A stretch of DNA of 64,000 nt from Epiperipatus broadwayi (Eukaryota > Animalia > Onychophora), in the NCBI GenBank assembly GCA_028023455.1, contig JAQFVV010000009.1, positions 16,120,001-16,184,000 of the forward strand, in the 5' to 3' direction. This document shows, piece after piece, positions 39,396-53,360 of this stretch. The first letter of the stretch is position 1; each line of letters starts with the position of its first letter. The translations under genes were made by a program, and so were the position numbers. The notes below the pieces were generated by a model that saw only the letters and a program-made list of their open reading frames with translations, was not told the origin of the DNA and made no database searches.

Positions 39396-42300
39396 ATGGG
39401 CGGCTCAACAACACACATTACCTCTGAGTTTAAGATCAAGAAACACCATGGTTTTTCTTCTCAGTTGCCTGATAAGGCAAAACGAATGTATGTGTAAATG
39501 ATAAATATTTTTCCAATACATATATACAATTATGACAGACAAAAATAAATCATGGCCCTTATTCCCAGGAGTCTGTAAAGTCACCAACCAAGGCAGTGGT
39601 TGGTAGCTGAAGGCGGAGGGTGATAAGAATCCCCTAATTGTGGACCCAGGCTGCCGTTTGATAACGACTTTTTATTTAGGTACTTATAGTTGCAGATCAC
39701 TTTCAAGAGAAGGAAGTTTACAAGAATTAGAAGAACTGTCTTATATTAAATGGGATATCATTGGATTTTGTGAAGTTAGAAGAAAAGGTGAAGAGACAAT
39801 TGATTTAAAAAGTGGACATGTTCTCTACTATAAAGGCACAAATATTGGAAATGCAAGTGGAGTAGGATTTATTATAAATAAAAAGTGGAAAAACAACATT
39901 GTGGAGATTGATGGTGTATTGGACAGAGTGGCAAGACTATTTTTACAACTTAATAGCACATACCAAATGCAGATAATTCAGGTTTATGTCCCAACAAGTT
40001 CTCATAATGATGAAGTAGTATTTTTATATGGATGTACAAAAGGTTTATATGGATGTACAAAAGGTTCTTGATCAGAATAAACAACATTTTAAAATTGTTA
40101 TGGGAGACTTTAATGCTAGAATTGGTAAACAAATGAAAGATGAAAGTGCTGTAGGTAATTTTGGTTATGGTAATAGAAATGAGAGAGGAAATAGACTTGT
40201 GGAGTTTGCAGAAAAATAAAAACTTTATATTATGAGATTTTTTTTGAGAAAAATGTTAAAAGGAAATGGACATGGAAACATTCAAATGAAGCTACAGCAG
40301 AATTGGATTATATTTTGACTAACAGAAAATACATATTTCAAGATTGTAATGCTCTTAATAAATTTAACACAGGAAGTGATCATCGATTCGTAAGATGTAA
40401 GATACGTGTTAATACAAAACTGGAGAGACAAAAATTATTAAGAAAAACAATATTTACAGTTGATATTCCTAATCTTCAAGAACATTCTAATGAATTTAAA
40501 TTAGAACTTACAAATCTGTTTCAAGTATTAGTAGATTTTGAACATGATTCAGATTTGAATGAAATTAATATGAAAATAACTGATACACTTTTAAAAACTG
40601 CAACAAAGATAGCTGGTAGAAAAAAGCAGCAATTGACCAATAAAATTTCTGAGACTAGAGAATTTATAAAGAAAATAAGGAATATGAAGATATACAAAAA
40701 TGATGCATTAAAAGGATTGAATTTCTCGAATTTTGTAAAATGGTGCGGAAAAGAGTTGAAAATGATATAAGAAAGTATAACTATGAACTAGCAAGGAAAG
40801 CTGTAGAAGAGAATAAAAGTCTCAAGAGTGTAAAATAACATTTTGATATTGGTAGGAAATTTATATCTACAATAAGAAAAAAAGATGGAATTATTACTAA
40901 AAAGAAAGATGACATTGTAAAATCAGTAGAAGACTTCTATCAAGAATTGTATGGCAATAAAGAACAAGTGCCTCCTATATCTATTATATCATCCAAATTT
41001 CCAGAATATGAAGAAGTGAGACACGCAATTAAATTTATGACAAAAGGAAAGGCTCCAGGTAATGATGGAATTATAATTGATATATTAAAAGAAGCAGGTG
41101 AAGAAATAGAAATTTTTTTAGCAAAGTTATATACCAAATGTCTAAATGATAAAGATGTACCAGATGATTGGAAGAATGCAGTATTAATATTTAAAAAAGG
41201 TGATAAAGAAGGTATTAGAAATTACAGACCTATCAGCCTTTTTATCAGTTTTATACAAAATTTTTATCAAGATAATTACAACTCATCTACAGAGAACATT
41301 GGATTTCCACCAACCAAGAGGAACCTGGATTTAAAATTGGTTTTAGTATGGTAGATCATATCCAGGTATTGAGAGAAGTTATAAAAAGGACAAATGAATA
41401 TGAGTTGCCATTATGCTTTAGATTTGTAGATTATGAAAAGGCATTTGATTCTATAAACATTTCTTCAGTGATTAAGGCATTGGATCATCAAGGTATAGAT
41501 CCATGATATTGTCATATTTTAAAGAATATTTATAAAAATGCAATAGCAACAATTAGATTACATAATGATACTAGGAAAGTCAATATTGAGAAGAGTATAA
41601 GACAGGGTGACCCCATATTTCCAAAACTTTTTACAACAGTGCTGCAAGAAGTATTTTGTGAATTAAAATGGAAAATTAAAGGAGTGAAAGTAAATTGAGA
41701 TTATTTAAGTCATTTAGATTTTGCAAATGATGTAGTAGTTTTTGCAAATAATGCTTTAGAGCTGCAGGAAATGTCGTATCAGATGAAAGTAGGACTAAAG
41801 ATAAATGTAATATTTAATGAATTTTCTGAAAATATGAAAATAAAGATTGATTATGATGAGTTAGAAAAAGTTAACAGTTACAAATACCTTGGTCAGATTA
41901 TTAATACAGATGGAAACATAATGGATGAAGTTAATCATAGAATTAAACTTGATTGGAGTGCTTTTAGTAGAAATAACTTGATACTAAAAGGAAATATGTT
42001 TATGTGTTTGAAAAGGAAGATTTTTAATAAATGTGTTTTACCAGTTCTTATTTATGGATCTGAGACTTGGACACTTAATAGAAGAGCAATGCAGAGACTT
42101 CAGACCACTCAAAGAAATATAGAAAGATGCATGTTGGGAGTAACAAGAAGAGATCGAAAATGCAACATTTGAGTTAGAGAACAAACAGGTGTTACTGACC
42201 TCACTGAAAAAATTAAAAAACTAAAATGGAATTGGGCTGGACATATTGCTAGAAGAAATGATAATAGATAGGCAATTGAAATCTTAAACCGGATTTTTGA

Positions 42301-42462
42301 AGAAAGTGTAAAAGACCCAGAAAGAGACCACATGTGAGTTGGATGGATGAAATAAGAAAGTGTGCAGGGGTGATGTGGAGAAGAGAAGCTAAAGAGAAGT
42401 TGGATTGAATTTGGAGAGACATTCATCGTGCAGTGGATTGACAATTGTTGTTGATGGTGATG
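39239..42462 (+). mobile_element. Full-length (3224 bp) RTE-clade LINE with frameshifted APE-RT ORF and 11-bp TSD
   Basis: TSD AATGAATAATT at 39228-39238 and 42463-42473; endonuclease (LGTYSCRSLS..IKWDIIG, MGDFNARIG, SDH), RT (NYRPIS, FVDYEKAFDSI, RQGDPIFPKLF), GAT-type tail. Confidence 0.93.
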
Positions 42463-44429
42463 AATGAATAATTCCACTAGAAGAAATGCTCATATTTATC
42501 TATTTGCCTGAATATACACTACACTATCCAATGATAAATAAGCTTCAAAATTTTGTTAAAATCTTATATATATATATTATAATATTAATTGTCACCGATA
42601 GGATATAAAGACAAAGTTCATTTAATATAAACAAATCATACTCAGTAAAATGTAAAAAAAAATTGTCTATGCCAAATGATAACTTGTAGGATTATGTAAT
42701 GTAATGGTAATTAACCTTTTGAGGTATTGGTTATGATCTCAAACCAAATATTCTGCAATATGTTAGAATTATTCCATCACAACATCTTTTTCAAAGTACT
42801 GGTTACATTTCCAGATGCATCATTTAACTCAATATAGTTAATAAAGTAATAATTCTAACTATTTTAAAGTTTAGATGTAGAAAATGATGATCACTTACAC
42901 TAATGACTCTTAACCAATTAATCATTAATGGAATTCATATGCAAGAATGAGGATAAAATGAGAATAGGCTAGGTTATCAAATTAACAATATATTTATTAA
43001 TGCAAATATATCAGTGATAACTACACTGAGCTTATATATGTGTACATTAAATGGTTTGAATGCATATATTTGTCAAATATATGTTCATCTGGTTAAATAA
43101 TAATTTTCAGTTTTAATTTACTTTATTATTGTCCCTCAATATCCTTGAAGTAATTATCCATTAAATTATAAGCTTGACAGTATCTGATTAGTATTTTGGA
43201 TTCAATGTTAATATGTGAAAAAAAAAAAAACAAGAAAATATATTAGGACAAAAAAAAAAAAACATTAAACTTTATGTATACAATCTTGGCAAAGGTGAGA
43301 ATATTCTCTCTCAACTTAAAAGAAAAAAAAAACTATCAAATAATAACTCATATAAATTTATATTATCTATTTCAAATTTAGGCCTTTACAAATTGAAGTA
43401 ATTAAATGTCTGACATATTTTTTTTACTGAGATTGTCTGTGGACTTGTGATTATTATTAGATACCTTATATATATATATATGTTATACCTTAAATTTTAC
43501 CAAATCTTTTTGTAGGTCACATCTCTTTTTTGCTGGAAAATCTTCTGTTATACATTAGGGTTCATTTTTAAAGCATGATTCTCTTTGAATTCTTGTGTGA
43601 ATTATTTATAGATGTTATTCTGGATCAGTTTTCATAAACTGGTTGATATTTTTCAATCTTCATTAGTAGATTAGTCCAGGGCATCAGAGCAGCTTAATTC
43701 TGTCACAGCAATATTTTCCTTGGTATAGCAAACAACCAGTCTGCAATTTACAGCTCTGTAATATATCATGTCATTTTCTCCTAGGCATTACATGATTAAA
43801 AAGAGAGATGTGGTTTTACCTTGTCCAGTCATTTTGAGACATCTATAAATATAATTTATAATCAACACAATAGAAATACTCTAAAAAGTAGTTTTCCATA
43901 CCGATAATTTGCTTTCTTACTTTTGTTAATAAAAGTTTTGTTTTTTCCTATTGATTTAGTTGCAGTTTATTGTTAGAACCAGCAACAAATGTTGTAATAA
44001 CTTTTTAAATTTGGTTAACTCCAACTTTCCATTATAAATAATTCTTTCAGAAATCTGCACTTTGAAGTTTGCATTCTCTAAACAAAGGGAAAAAACTAAA
44101 AATCTCTTTGAAATATAATTTTATAAACTTTCTATTTCACCACTTATCTTTTTATCAAAAATTGTTTTCCATAACTTGGAAGCTAATATTTCATCTGCAG
44201 TGGGTGTTATTTAAAAACTTCCAAAAAATTTTCATCTTGTTTTCCAAATCTTTAATTGTTTATGGCTTTTATGGTTAGTAGAATGTTTACCAAATTGTAG
44301 CTTTAATACACTTTTTTTTTAAGTTTTCCAAAATTAAAATCCATAATTTGAGAGTATGGATTTTACATCATGGCTTGACAAAACTGAATTTTTTACAATA
44401 AATTCACACTCTAAATTATGATTTGCATT

Positions 44430-44730
44430 ACTGGATAAATACTTTCTAACATGGTATGCCTCAGTGAACTATTTTCTACAAAAATTTTAAGATACTTGAT
44501 TATCTGGATCACAATTTACAGTATGAAATGTGACAGTGTTTCATACTGTCATGGATTGTCTTCAATGCTCTCCTTGATCTTGCAAATGATTTGAAAATAT
44601 TCTTGTAACTCAAAGCTTCATTGGCATACATAGTTTGAATCATTTTGAGTGTTTCAATAGCAAATTCAAATATTTCAGTAGCAATTTAAGCCAATTTAAA
44701 GCAAGTTTTAATATTGGTGCTTTGTTTTAT
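44430..44730 (-). mobile_element. Mariner transposase N-terminal remnant
   Basis: KQSTNIKTCFKLA*IATE...ETLKMIQTMYANEALS...KESIEDNP, cf. EQR.NIKFCFKLGKTATET...GRESIEDD. Confidence 0.7.
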
Positions 44731-45040
44731 CATGGGCTAAGATGTGAAACACATTATCACATTAACATGTTATAACTTATGATCCAAACATACTAGCACT
44801 AACCTTTTTCTATTAAACAGTTAAGCTATGTCTCTATGTAACACACACATTGATTCAGAAATGTTTAGCTTTCAAAAAGAACCTGTCAACTTTTCACTGA
44901 GACATACAATGTATATTTTTTGGTTCTTATTTAATTTAATTGATGAAACCTACCACTGGAAAATAAGGCAATATATTGTAATGGCACATAGTAAGAAAGT
45001 ATCCAGGACTATTCAAGCCAGATGTTGGCAGCATTTGTAA

Positions 45041-45410
45041 CATATGGGTGATTTATTTTGTAAATTATGTAAGGAAGGAATAGAAAATGTTAGGCATTTG
45101 TTAATTGAATGTAAATGCTTGTAAACAGAAAGGGTATATATTGTTATGGAAGAATAAATATGAAAAAAGTGATTATACAGAAAGTGAATTATTGGTTTTT
45201 ATGCTGGGTTTGGGAAAAGATAAAGGGAATTTAGATATACAGGCCATAGAGTTGCCAAAGATTATGTTATGGAAATGGGATGGAGCAGAATATGGGGAAA
45301 CTTAAGAGTGGGGAATGGAAAATTAAGTGGCCAACAGGTTTATCTGGGTATAATTGCTGAGATATTCTTGACTTCGTTTAAGGAGAAGCCACAGTACATC
45401 ACATCACATA
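45041..45410 (+). mobile_element. 3' end of LINE family A
   Basis: Same CCHC region and catcacatcacat tail as 1-413, 1825-2170 and 23085-23500. Confidence 0.85.
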
Positions 45411-45759
45411 ATGAGATATACCTGGGTGATGTAAATTTTCATTCTTTAAAGCAAAATAGTCATTCACAAAAGTATCCCAGTTTTTACTTACAGAAAATGA
45501 ACAAAAACCAAAATCTGAATCCAATATACATAATAAAAATTATAATAATATGGTAGAAGCAGCAGTAATCATCAATAGTCATCAGTCATCCCTTGTGGTT
45601 GGATTTAAAAGTGATGTAATATAAAATTTTAGGCTAATCATCATCTAGCCAATACCAAACACAGAACATATTATAAAAGCAATCATCAAAATTTCAACAC
45701 ACAATAAGTGCTAAAATATAATAATGAACCTAAAAATGCTGGAATTATGATATCAATGC

Positions 45760-46350
45760 TGATCATCATTAATGCTGTTGGACTATTAGGTACCATGAGT
45801 GTCCTGATTGTTTAGTTAATTATCATATCTATAAAGTGAAATATATGAACTTTAAAGATGATTTTTATTATCTTAGTGCCATCCAAATAATTCTACAGAG
45901 AACCATCTAGATGTCCACATACATGAACCCACATATTTTTCAAATATCATTAAGCTGGAACTACTTTGGAATTGCAGTAATTTTAGAAACTGTGAAGAAG
46001 ATAAATGTTTCATTTATTTTATTATTAAATAATTTCACAGGATAACCTATAAATCTCTTAAAGCACAGCTCTATGATGAAATCAGTTGTACATATTGGTA
46101 ATTCACAGAACAAATAGAATAATCATAATAAAAAAAACTCAAAAGATTAAAAAAAAAAAATTAATAAACTTATACATGTTTCAATTATTTTATTATTAAA
46201 TGATTTCATTGGGTAACCTATAAATTTCTTAAAGCACAACTATGATGAAATCAGTTGTAGACATTGGTAATTCACAGAACATAGAAGAATAATCATTAAA
46301 AAAAATCTCTTAAGATTTTTTTAAAAAAAAAAACAATTATTAATAAACTT
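45760..46350 (-). mobile_element. Penelope-type RT remnant including a ~171-bp tandem duplication (46011-46181 / 46182-46350)
   Basis: Minus strand: TDFIIELCF, FMYVDI (YVDD-like), SSLKF...HFIDMII (LKFT..LxFLD-like). The duplication is read directly. Confidence 0.5.
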
Positions 46351-47879
46351 AACTAAGAAATAAAAGAAAAAAAAATTAAAAATGATAATGTGATAATTCC
46401 AGAATTAATATACAAATTTACTTACAATATGTATGTATGATTACATTTAATGCATATAATTAATATTTCCTTCTGATTCTTCATAATCAACATTTAATCT
46501 AAATGACTTATTCCTTTACAATAATGAAGTTAACTTTAATGTAAACCTTCCCCCCATTTTTCTTGTAAAAATGAGAACATCTCCGTACAATTTTAGACCT
46601 GTAAAAGTAAAAAGAAATTTTTTCAACAAAATCAATCAAAAAAAAACAAACTATTCACTATTTTCGGTTATGACTATAAAATAACATTTACAAATATATT
46701 AGGAATACAAAATACAATTTTTATTTTACCATGGATTTTTTCTTTCTCAGTTTTTTATATTTGCCTAGTTGAATATCCCTTTCTGTTTGATCCTGTAGAC
46801 AGAATGGTTAGTCAGGTTTTTGTCTTTAGATTTTTTTTTGTTACAGCTTTCTCAATAATTATTTTCATCTAAATCTTTTTTTTTCTCCTTTTCGTTGTAG
46901 CTTCAGATTTCCAGTTTAACAATTATTTTCATTTTTTATCCATTTAGCTTTTTCTTTTTGTAGCTTCAATTTTCCAGTTTAATAATTATTTTCATTTCAG
47001 GTTAAGTTGAGACAGTCATGATTTTGGCTGCATCAGTATACAATGCTTGCTGAAAGTTTCTCTTAGCGGTATTTTCCTTTTTCTATATATATATTTTAGT
47101 GAAATTGGTTACATAATTGGATTAGTAATGATCAACTATAGCCAGAGCTTAGCACGATTCTTGGAAACTTTATAATATATAGTTTTTCAAAAATCTTTTT
47201 TTAAAACTAATAATAAGATCAATTTAGTGTCAGATTGCCAAGTTGACATTTTCACTGCTAGTGTTCACAGGCTTTTGTTTTTTTATCTTTCATTCAATTA
47301 CATGACTACTTCAGAAATTACTACATTAAACCTTATCTTATTGATTTTCTTTTAACAAGAAATTATCTTTTTTTTTAAAAAAGTAAAAATTCTACTTATA
47401 CATTAAATGAAAAGCACTTCATTTCTTTAGAAATAAGGAACCTAATCTCTTTTTGATTTTTTTAAATTAATTGATAAACAACTTTTAAAGATCTTGTTTT
47501 CTTTTTTAATTACTTGACAACAACTTTTAAAGATCTTATTGTCTTCTTGTTTTTTGTTTGATAAAAAAGAAAATCCTTTTTTTTTCTTTCACAATTATAC
47601 GCAATAAAAATTAAACATTATTAAAATGTTTTAAATTCATGTATATAAATATTTTACTTATACTCCCCATCCTCCTGCATAAATGGAAATAAAATGATGG
47701 ATAACAGATCAGAATAATATCTTATCTTGATTACTTCCTCTTCATTTTTTCCATTTACATTTTAAAGTAAAGTATAAATCTATTATTAATATTTTGCTTC
47801 TGAAAAAGGTCTTTTTTTAAACTCTTATGAATATTTTGTTTGGATGACTAACTGAATCTTATTCTTCAATCTGCTTGAT

Positions 47880-50800
47880 TGCCTTCACCTGAGTAGGCTA
47901 GAAGGTGGTGATGGCAATCTCCTGTTCAGATTTACCACATGGCTAATTCTCTACACCATTCCTGCTCTCTCTACCAATATTACCCATCCTTTTTTTCGAT
48001 ACTTTCTCATGGTTTATGGTTATTTTTCTTTTTGGTATAGCTATTATACTTATATTTGTTTCAGCCATGATTTTGTCAGGCCTTTTACTTTGGAAATTGG
48101 AAGAGCCAAAATTTCTTTACCCTCTTCCTTCCTGCATTTATTGACTCGTATCTAAGGAATTTGCTACTGCTCAATATATCTGCAGTCGTAGTCATTTGAA
48201 CTTTTATTTGACCGATTACGTCTAATAATTTTTTTTTGGTCATCTGAAAAAAGTGCACCTGTTAAGGCTTTCAATTAAGATGCTTGACATTGAAAAAAAT
48301 TGAGAATAGATCTCTCATATCTATTTTGTATCTCTTGTTATACTTATTATTGCATACTATATTGAAGTTATTCAGTCCAGCATTTATGCAACACATCATC
48401 TTTATATTTTTGTAAATTTTCTGGTTTGTGTGACAGTTATTTTCACAATAATTTGCTAATTCCTGGAGGTGAGTGCAAGCCAGTGCTATCTTGTGCTGCT
48501 CTTTCATTCTGTTTAATGAAAAATAGGAGTTTTCATTGTGTCAGCCTTAAGGAATCGATTGACATCTTCTTGGGATGATTCAAGTGCTCAGAAACTTGCA
48601 CTAACTTCCATTAGGTCTGTTTCTGCACCTTTTTAAATTTTACTCTTTTATGTCTTCTCATACAGCTCTTTCACATGAAATTTTCACCAATTTTTTTTTT
48701 ATTTGCTTTTATACTCGCAATGAGTCGACATTTTTCAATTCTTCATTTCAGCTTTTTGTTTGATGTTAATATTTAATTCTACACTTGTCTTAATACTTCT
48801 TCCTTCATTCTTCTGACCATCCTATTAATTTCTTTTTGCCATTCTTTTTTTCACTTGTAAGTTCCAGCTATTTATTTCAGTCTCTCCCATTATTCAGGTT
48901 ATATTTTGGATAGCTTCCTAAATACTAATTCATTTTTTTTATTATTGATATCTCTTTTCTGATCAAATTTCTCCATCTTCATTAACATGTTTTGATTGTC
49001 TTCTTATATATTTTTGTTTTTTCTTGTTACTGTTCTGATAATGTTTTGGATATCTTCGTGAACATTCTAGTTAAAATTGTGTTTGTTTATTTTTTGTGAT
49101 CCATTATGTCTATCTCATCAACATTTTTTGATTGTCTTTTTCCTATTTTTATTAGCAGCATTTTTTTTCTTTTGATTGCTTTCTTTTTGTTTCTATTTGA
49201 TTATCTTTTTTTTGTTGATTGTCTTATTTTCTTAGCAGCATCTGTCACTTCTATGCTGATATGATTATCTCTTCTATTTTCTAAGCTTCAGTTGATTGCT
49301 GATTTTTTCCTTTATCATCTTCTTTTAAATTTTGCTCTTGTCAGCATATAAATTTATATTCAAATGCTTTTACAAAAAAAAAAATTAAATTTTTAAAATA
49401 ATATTTCATAAGATAAGCTTCACATTACTTTCCCTTCCATGCAACCTTTCATTGTTATCTATTACTTCTAATATGCCTTTCTTTGAACCTGATTGTCTCA
49501 AATCCTGTCTTTACCTGTGTAGTCTAATTCATTTTTCCTTAATTTATTTCCCATTCCTCATTTTCATGCATGTGTAATAGATTTCCTCATTAACCCAAGA
49601 AAAAAATTATACCCCCCCCCCCATTTTTTTTTTGTTTTCACAATTATACCCAATAAAAATTTAAAAAATCTTATTAAAATATTTTAAATTTGTTCATGAT
49701 CATTTAATTTATATAAATTTTTTACTAAGTTTATCCTAAGTAAATTCCTATTTAACAACTAATTTTCCTACAGCTCACTTGAGAATAAATATTTTTTCTC
49801 AATATATTTGTCGAGACCAATCCTCCTATTTTCTACCTTGAATAATCAAAATCATTTATGCAACTTTTTTAGTTTTTTGTTTTTGTTTTTATAGAATCAA
49901 AATTTTTCAAATTAATTGTATGGATGAGATGAACAATGTAAATTATTCTCAGCTGTAAATTTGTCTTTCACACATAGACATTTGGGAAAATACTTTTACA
50001 TGACATACATATAGATCTATGTCATTTGTTAAATATTTTATGAACTTGATGCCAAATATTGAAAATTTTGTTATTTTTAAGCTAGCTATTTCAAAATCTT
50101 GTTTGCTTTATTTTAGTTTTAAATTTGACCAATTCATAGTTATCACAATACCGCTCCCATATAATGGGAACAAAATAAAATTATTCTTACACTATGTATT
50201 TTGCTGCTTTTTCTCTGATTTTGTTTCTATTTTTATGTTTAACTCTTAAACAGTTTATTTTCTACTTTTTATGATTTTACAAACTTACATTTCTCCTGTT
50301 ATAGTATTTCTAATTTTTTTTTGGATTTTTTTAAAGTCAAGACTGCATCCTATATGTATGATTTGTCTTGCTCTTTATCTTGTTAATAGAAAAAGTTAAA
50401 ATTTGAGTCTGACCTGTAGTCTCCATTGGTATACTTGGATAAAATATCAGTTGTCTTTTTAATATTTAGCAAATGATTCTTTTAATTCTTTAGAAAATTC
50501 TCTCTTCAATGATAATTTCTGATATGACAGGGAAGGCCAACCTATCCAATCATTGGTTATGTTAATGCTAAATAGTGATTCAGCAATTATACTAATCTTA
50601 CCCACATATGTGTTTAACCAGGGACACTTATGCTTGGAAAACTACAAATATATCAGGAAGTTTCCATTCATATCAATTATTATTATTTTTGAATCAACCA
50701 GGCAGTGTACATCCAATAAATTAAATAATCTCAGGTATTCTCAGTAGATGCATCATTTTCCAAAAACTATTCCATTCTCTTATGGTTGAATAATTATTTT

Positions 50801-51200
50801 TAAAGCTTACATATATTATTCTATAATTTTATTGAACATATGCTTAAGAGACTCACTGACATCATACAATATGATCTTTGGGATCTTAGCATACATCATA
50901 TCTTTCTACTCTTCATTCTTTACAGCATTTTAAATAGCAAAATTTTCTTATTATATTATCTTATTATTTTTGCTTTTTAGTTTATGTCCACTGTTTAAAT
51001 CCATGATTAGTTTCTAAATAAATCCACCCTATGATCAAGGTCGTGTTATCCTTTGTAATTTCATTTTTACTCAACCATGGTCTTTACTCATCAATTGCAT
51101 GAAAAGTTCTTATTCCTGTTGGCTATTACATAGTGATTGTAATCTAGATTGGTTTCATCATTTCTGATCATTCTCTCCATTGGACTTTTAATCCCTTTTT
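47880..51200 (-). mobile_element. Long, heavily eroded RTE-like LINE
   Basis: Scattered endonuclease-like and RT-like motifs on the minus strand (e.g. WKLVQVSEHLNHPKK ~48560-48610); limits are approximate. Confidence 0.4.
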
Positions 51201-52506
51201 CTTTCTTTCTTTCTTTCTTTCTTTAATGAGATGGAACAGCTACATGATTATATTGGTGAGATTGGTTTTTATTATAATTGATACAATTGATAATATTTCT
51301 GTAAATATTTTTTTTATTTGTCTAGTGGAATTGTTTTTCATTTATTTATTTTCGTGGCATTTCCACAAGGCATTTTGGAGTTTGAGTCTTTTTCCTTTTG
51401 TCCTGCACTTGAGACAATTATTTATCTATGTTAAACAAGTTTAGTAGCTCCATTATGTGCTATATTGTTAATTTAGCTTATTTAGCCATTCATGTTTTTT
51501 CCCTGTTTTTCCATTCATTTCCTTCTTTTTCTCCTTCTTTTCTTTCTCTTCTTACTTGGTTTTTATGATGATCATGCATGTTACTGATTTTTAATTGTCT
51601 TACATGATTGATCATTTAAATATTATTTGCTTTGCCATATTAGGTAGTTTAAAACTAAAATTTCTTAAAGAAACTAAATCTGTTTTATATTAGATCTTGT
51701 TTTTTTATTTAATCTTTACTTGAGAATGTATCATTTTTCACATGATTAAAAATTTGTATTAATGTACCTAATTTTAAAAGAGTAATCTCTTACTTTTTGA
51801 TAATTATAAGCTGATTTCTGTGATTTTTTAAATTGTTGGAAACAGAATTAAAGAGAAATTAATGCCATTTTAACTTAAAAATAATAATATTAGCATCAAT
51901 ATGCTTTCTATTATCATATACACAATTTGACATGGTTCTTAGATAATGATCTCAAGACTTTTGCTATATATTTAGATTTCTAAATTGATTAGGCCCTGTA
52001 TCACATAAAATTTTATTTAAACATCTATATTCATATGGTTTTCATGGTTTTTTTTTTTTTTTTTTGCTTATTGGTTTGCAAGCTATTTAAAGGATAGCAA
52101 ACAGAAAATGAATATTGCTGGCCTTATTAGTTCTTTTATAATGCTAAATTATGGTATACCACAAGGTTCTGTCCTAGATTCTATTTTTTTTTAATTCATG
52201 TAAATGATATATTTTTCATATAATTAGAATCAAAGAGTTATATTGTTGCAAATGATTTTGCTTTGTCTTGGACTATAGTTTCATATACTTATCTTAAAAA
52301 AGTAAATGATAATTTACTTTTAATTATCATATAATTAGTTTTTTATTGTTTGTCAATTAATTGTGAATAAAATGAACGATGAATTTTTCATATAAATTTG
52401 TACTATATTCTCTTGACATCACTATTTGTAAAAAAAAAAATAGTTTTTGCATTGCAATAATACTTGTGATAATATTTCATTTATTAATAACTATTGTTGT
52501 CTAGAT

Positions 52507-53360
52507 CAGTGGTCTTCAACCACTGGGCCGCAGAAGTTGTCTGTTGGTCCGCAGCTAGACTGCAAGAAAGCTTATAATAACAAAATAATAAGATTTTAAA
52601 CTTTTAATTAATATGAACAATTTTTATTTATTTTTTCATCACATTTATTAAAAAAAAAGAAACAGAACAAAAATACCACAAAATCTAATCAATCATACAT
52701 AAATTAATTTGTTTTTCTATTTATCACAGATGCTTATGGGGGGGGGGGGTAGAAAGTTTTTTATTACACAAACTCAAGTTGTCTTTTGATAGCCAATCAC
52801 GGCTGCTTGTCAGCGTTGTTAAAACAATAAAATGTAACGTTACTTTTTTTGATCTCTTAAATTTTTTTTACTCTCTTTTAATATTTCATTTTTAGTGTTT
52901 TTTTTTTTTTGGCTTTAACTTTTTATTTTGGAAATCAATTTTTATTACCTTTTTTTAAAAATAAAAACCAAAAAATAAGTTCTGTTTCTAACTTTTGCAA
53001 AGTATTTCTCAATACATCCCCACCACCCCAAAATATAAACTTTTGACTTTTTCAAGTTTTGTTTTCTTTTTTTTTTGTTTAAAAATACGCCCACTTTTTT
53101 TGGCCTATAAGGCAATATTTTTTTTAGGCTTTATTTGTATACTGTTAAAATACTAAAACTTTTATTTTTAAAACCAATTTCTCTTACCTTTTTTTAAAAA
53201 TAAAAACAAACAAAAAATAACTTTGGTGTCTGTCTTTTGTCTCAGTGATGAAAATGTATCCCCCCCCCAAATAAAAATTTATCTGTAAACTTCTGCTGGT
53301 CCGCGAAATCTTATCCTTACTTTTACCGGTCCGCAGGTGTGAAAAGGTTGAAGACCACTG
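52507..53360. mobile_element. Intact non-autonomous hAT (Buster/Charlie-type) MITE, 854 bp
   Basis: Perfect 15-bp TIRs CAGTGGTCTTCAACC / GGTTGAAGACCACTG; identical 8-bp TSD GTCTAGAT on both sides; subterminal GGTCCGC repeats. Confidence 0.97.

Noticed and set aside
44866-44905. Hammerhead-like motif on the minus strand (cagtgaaaag..ctttttgaaagc)
   Set aside because: The core CUGANGA is not present; too degenerate to support.
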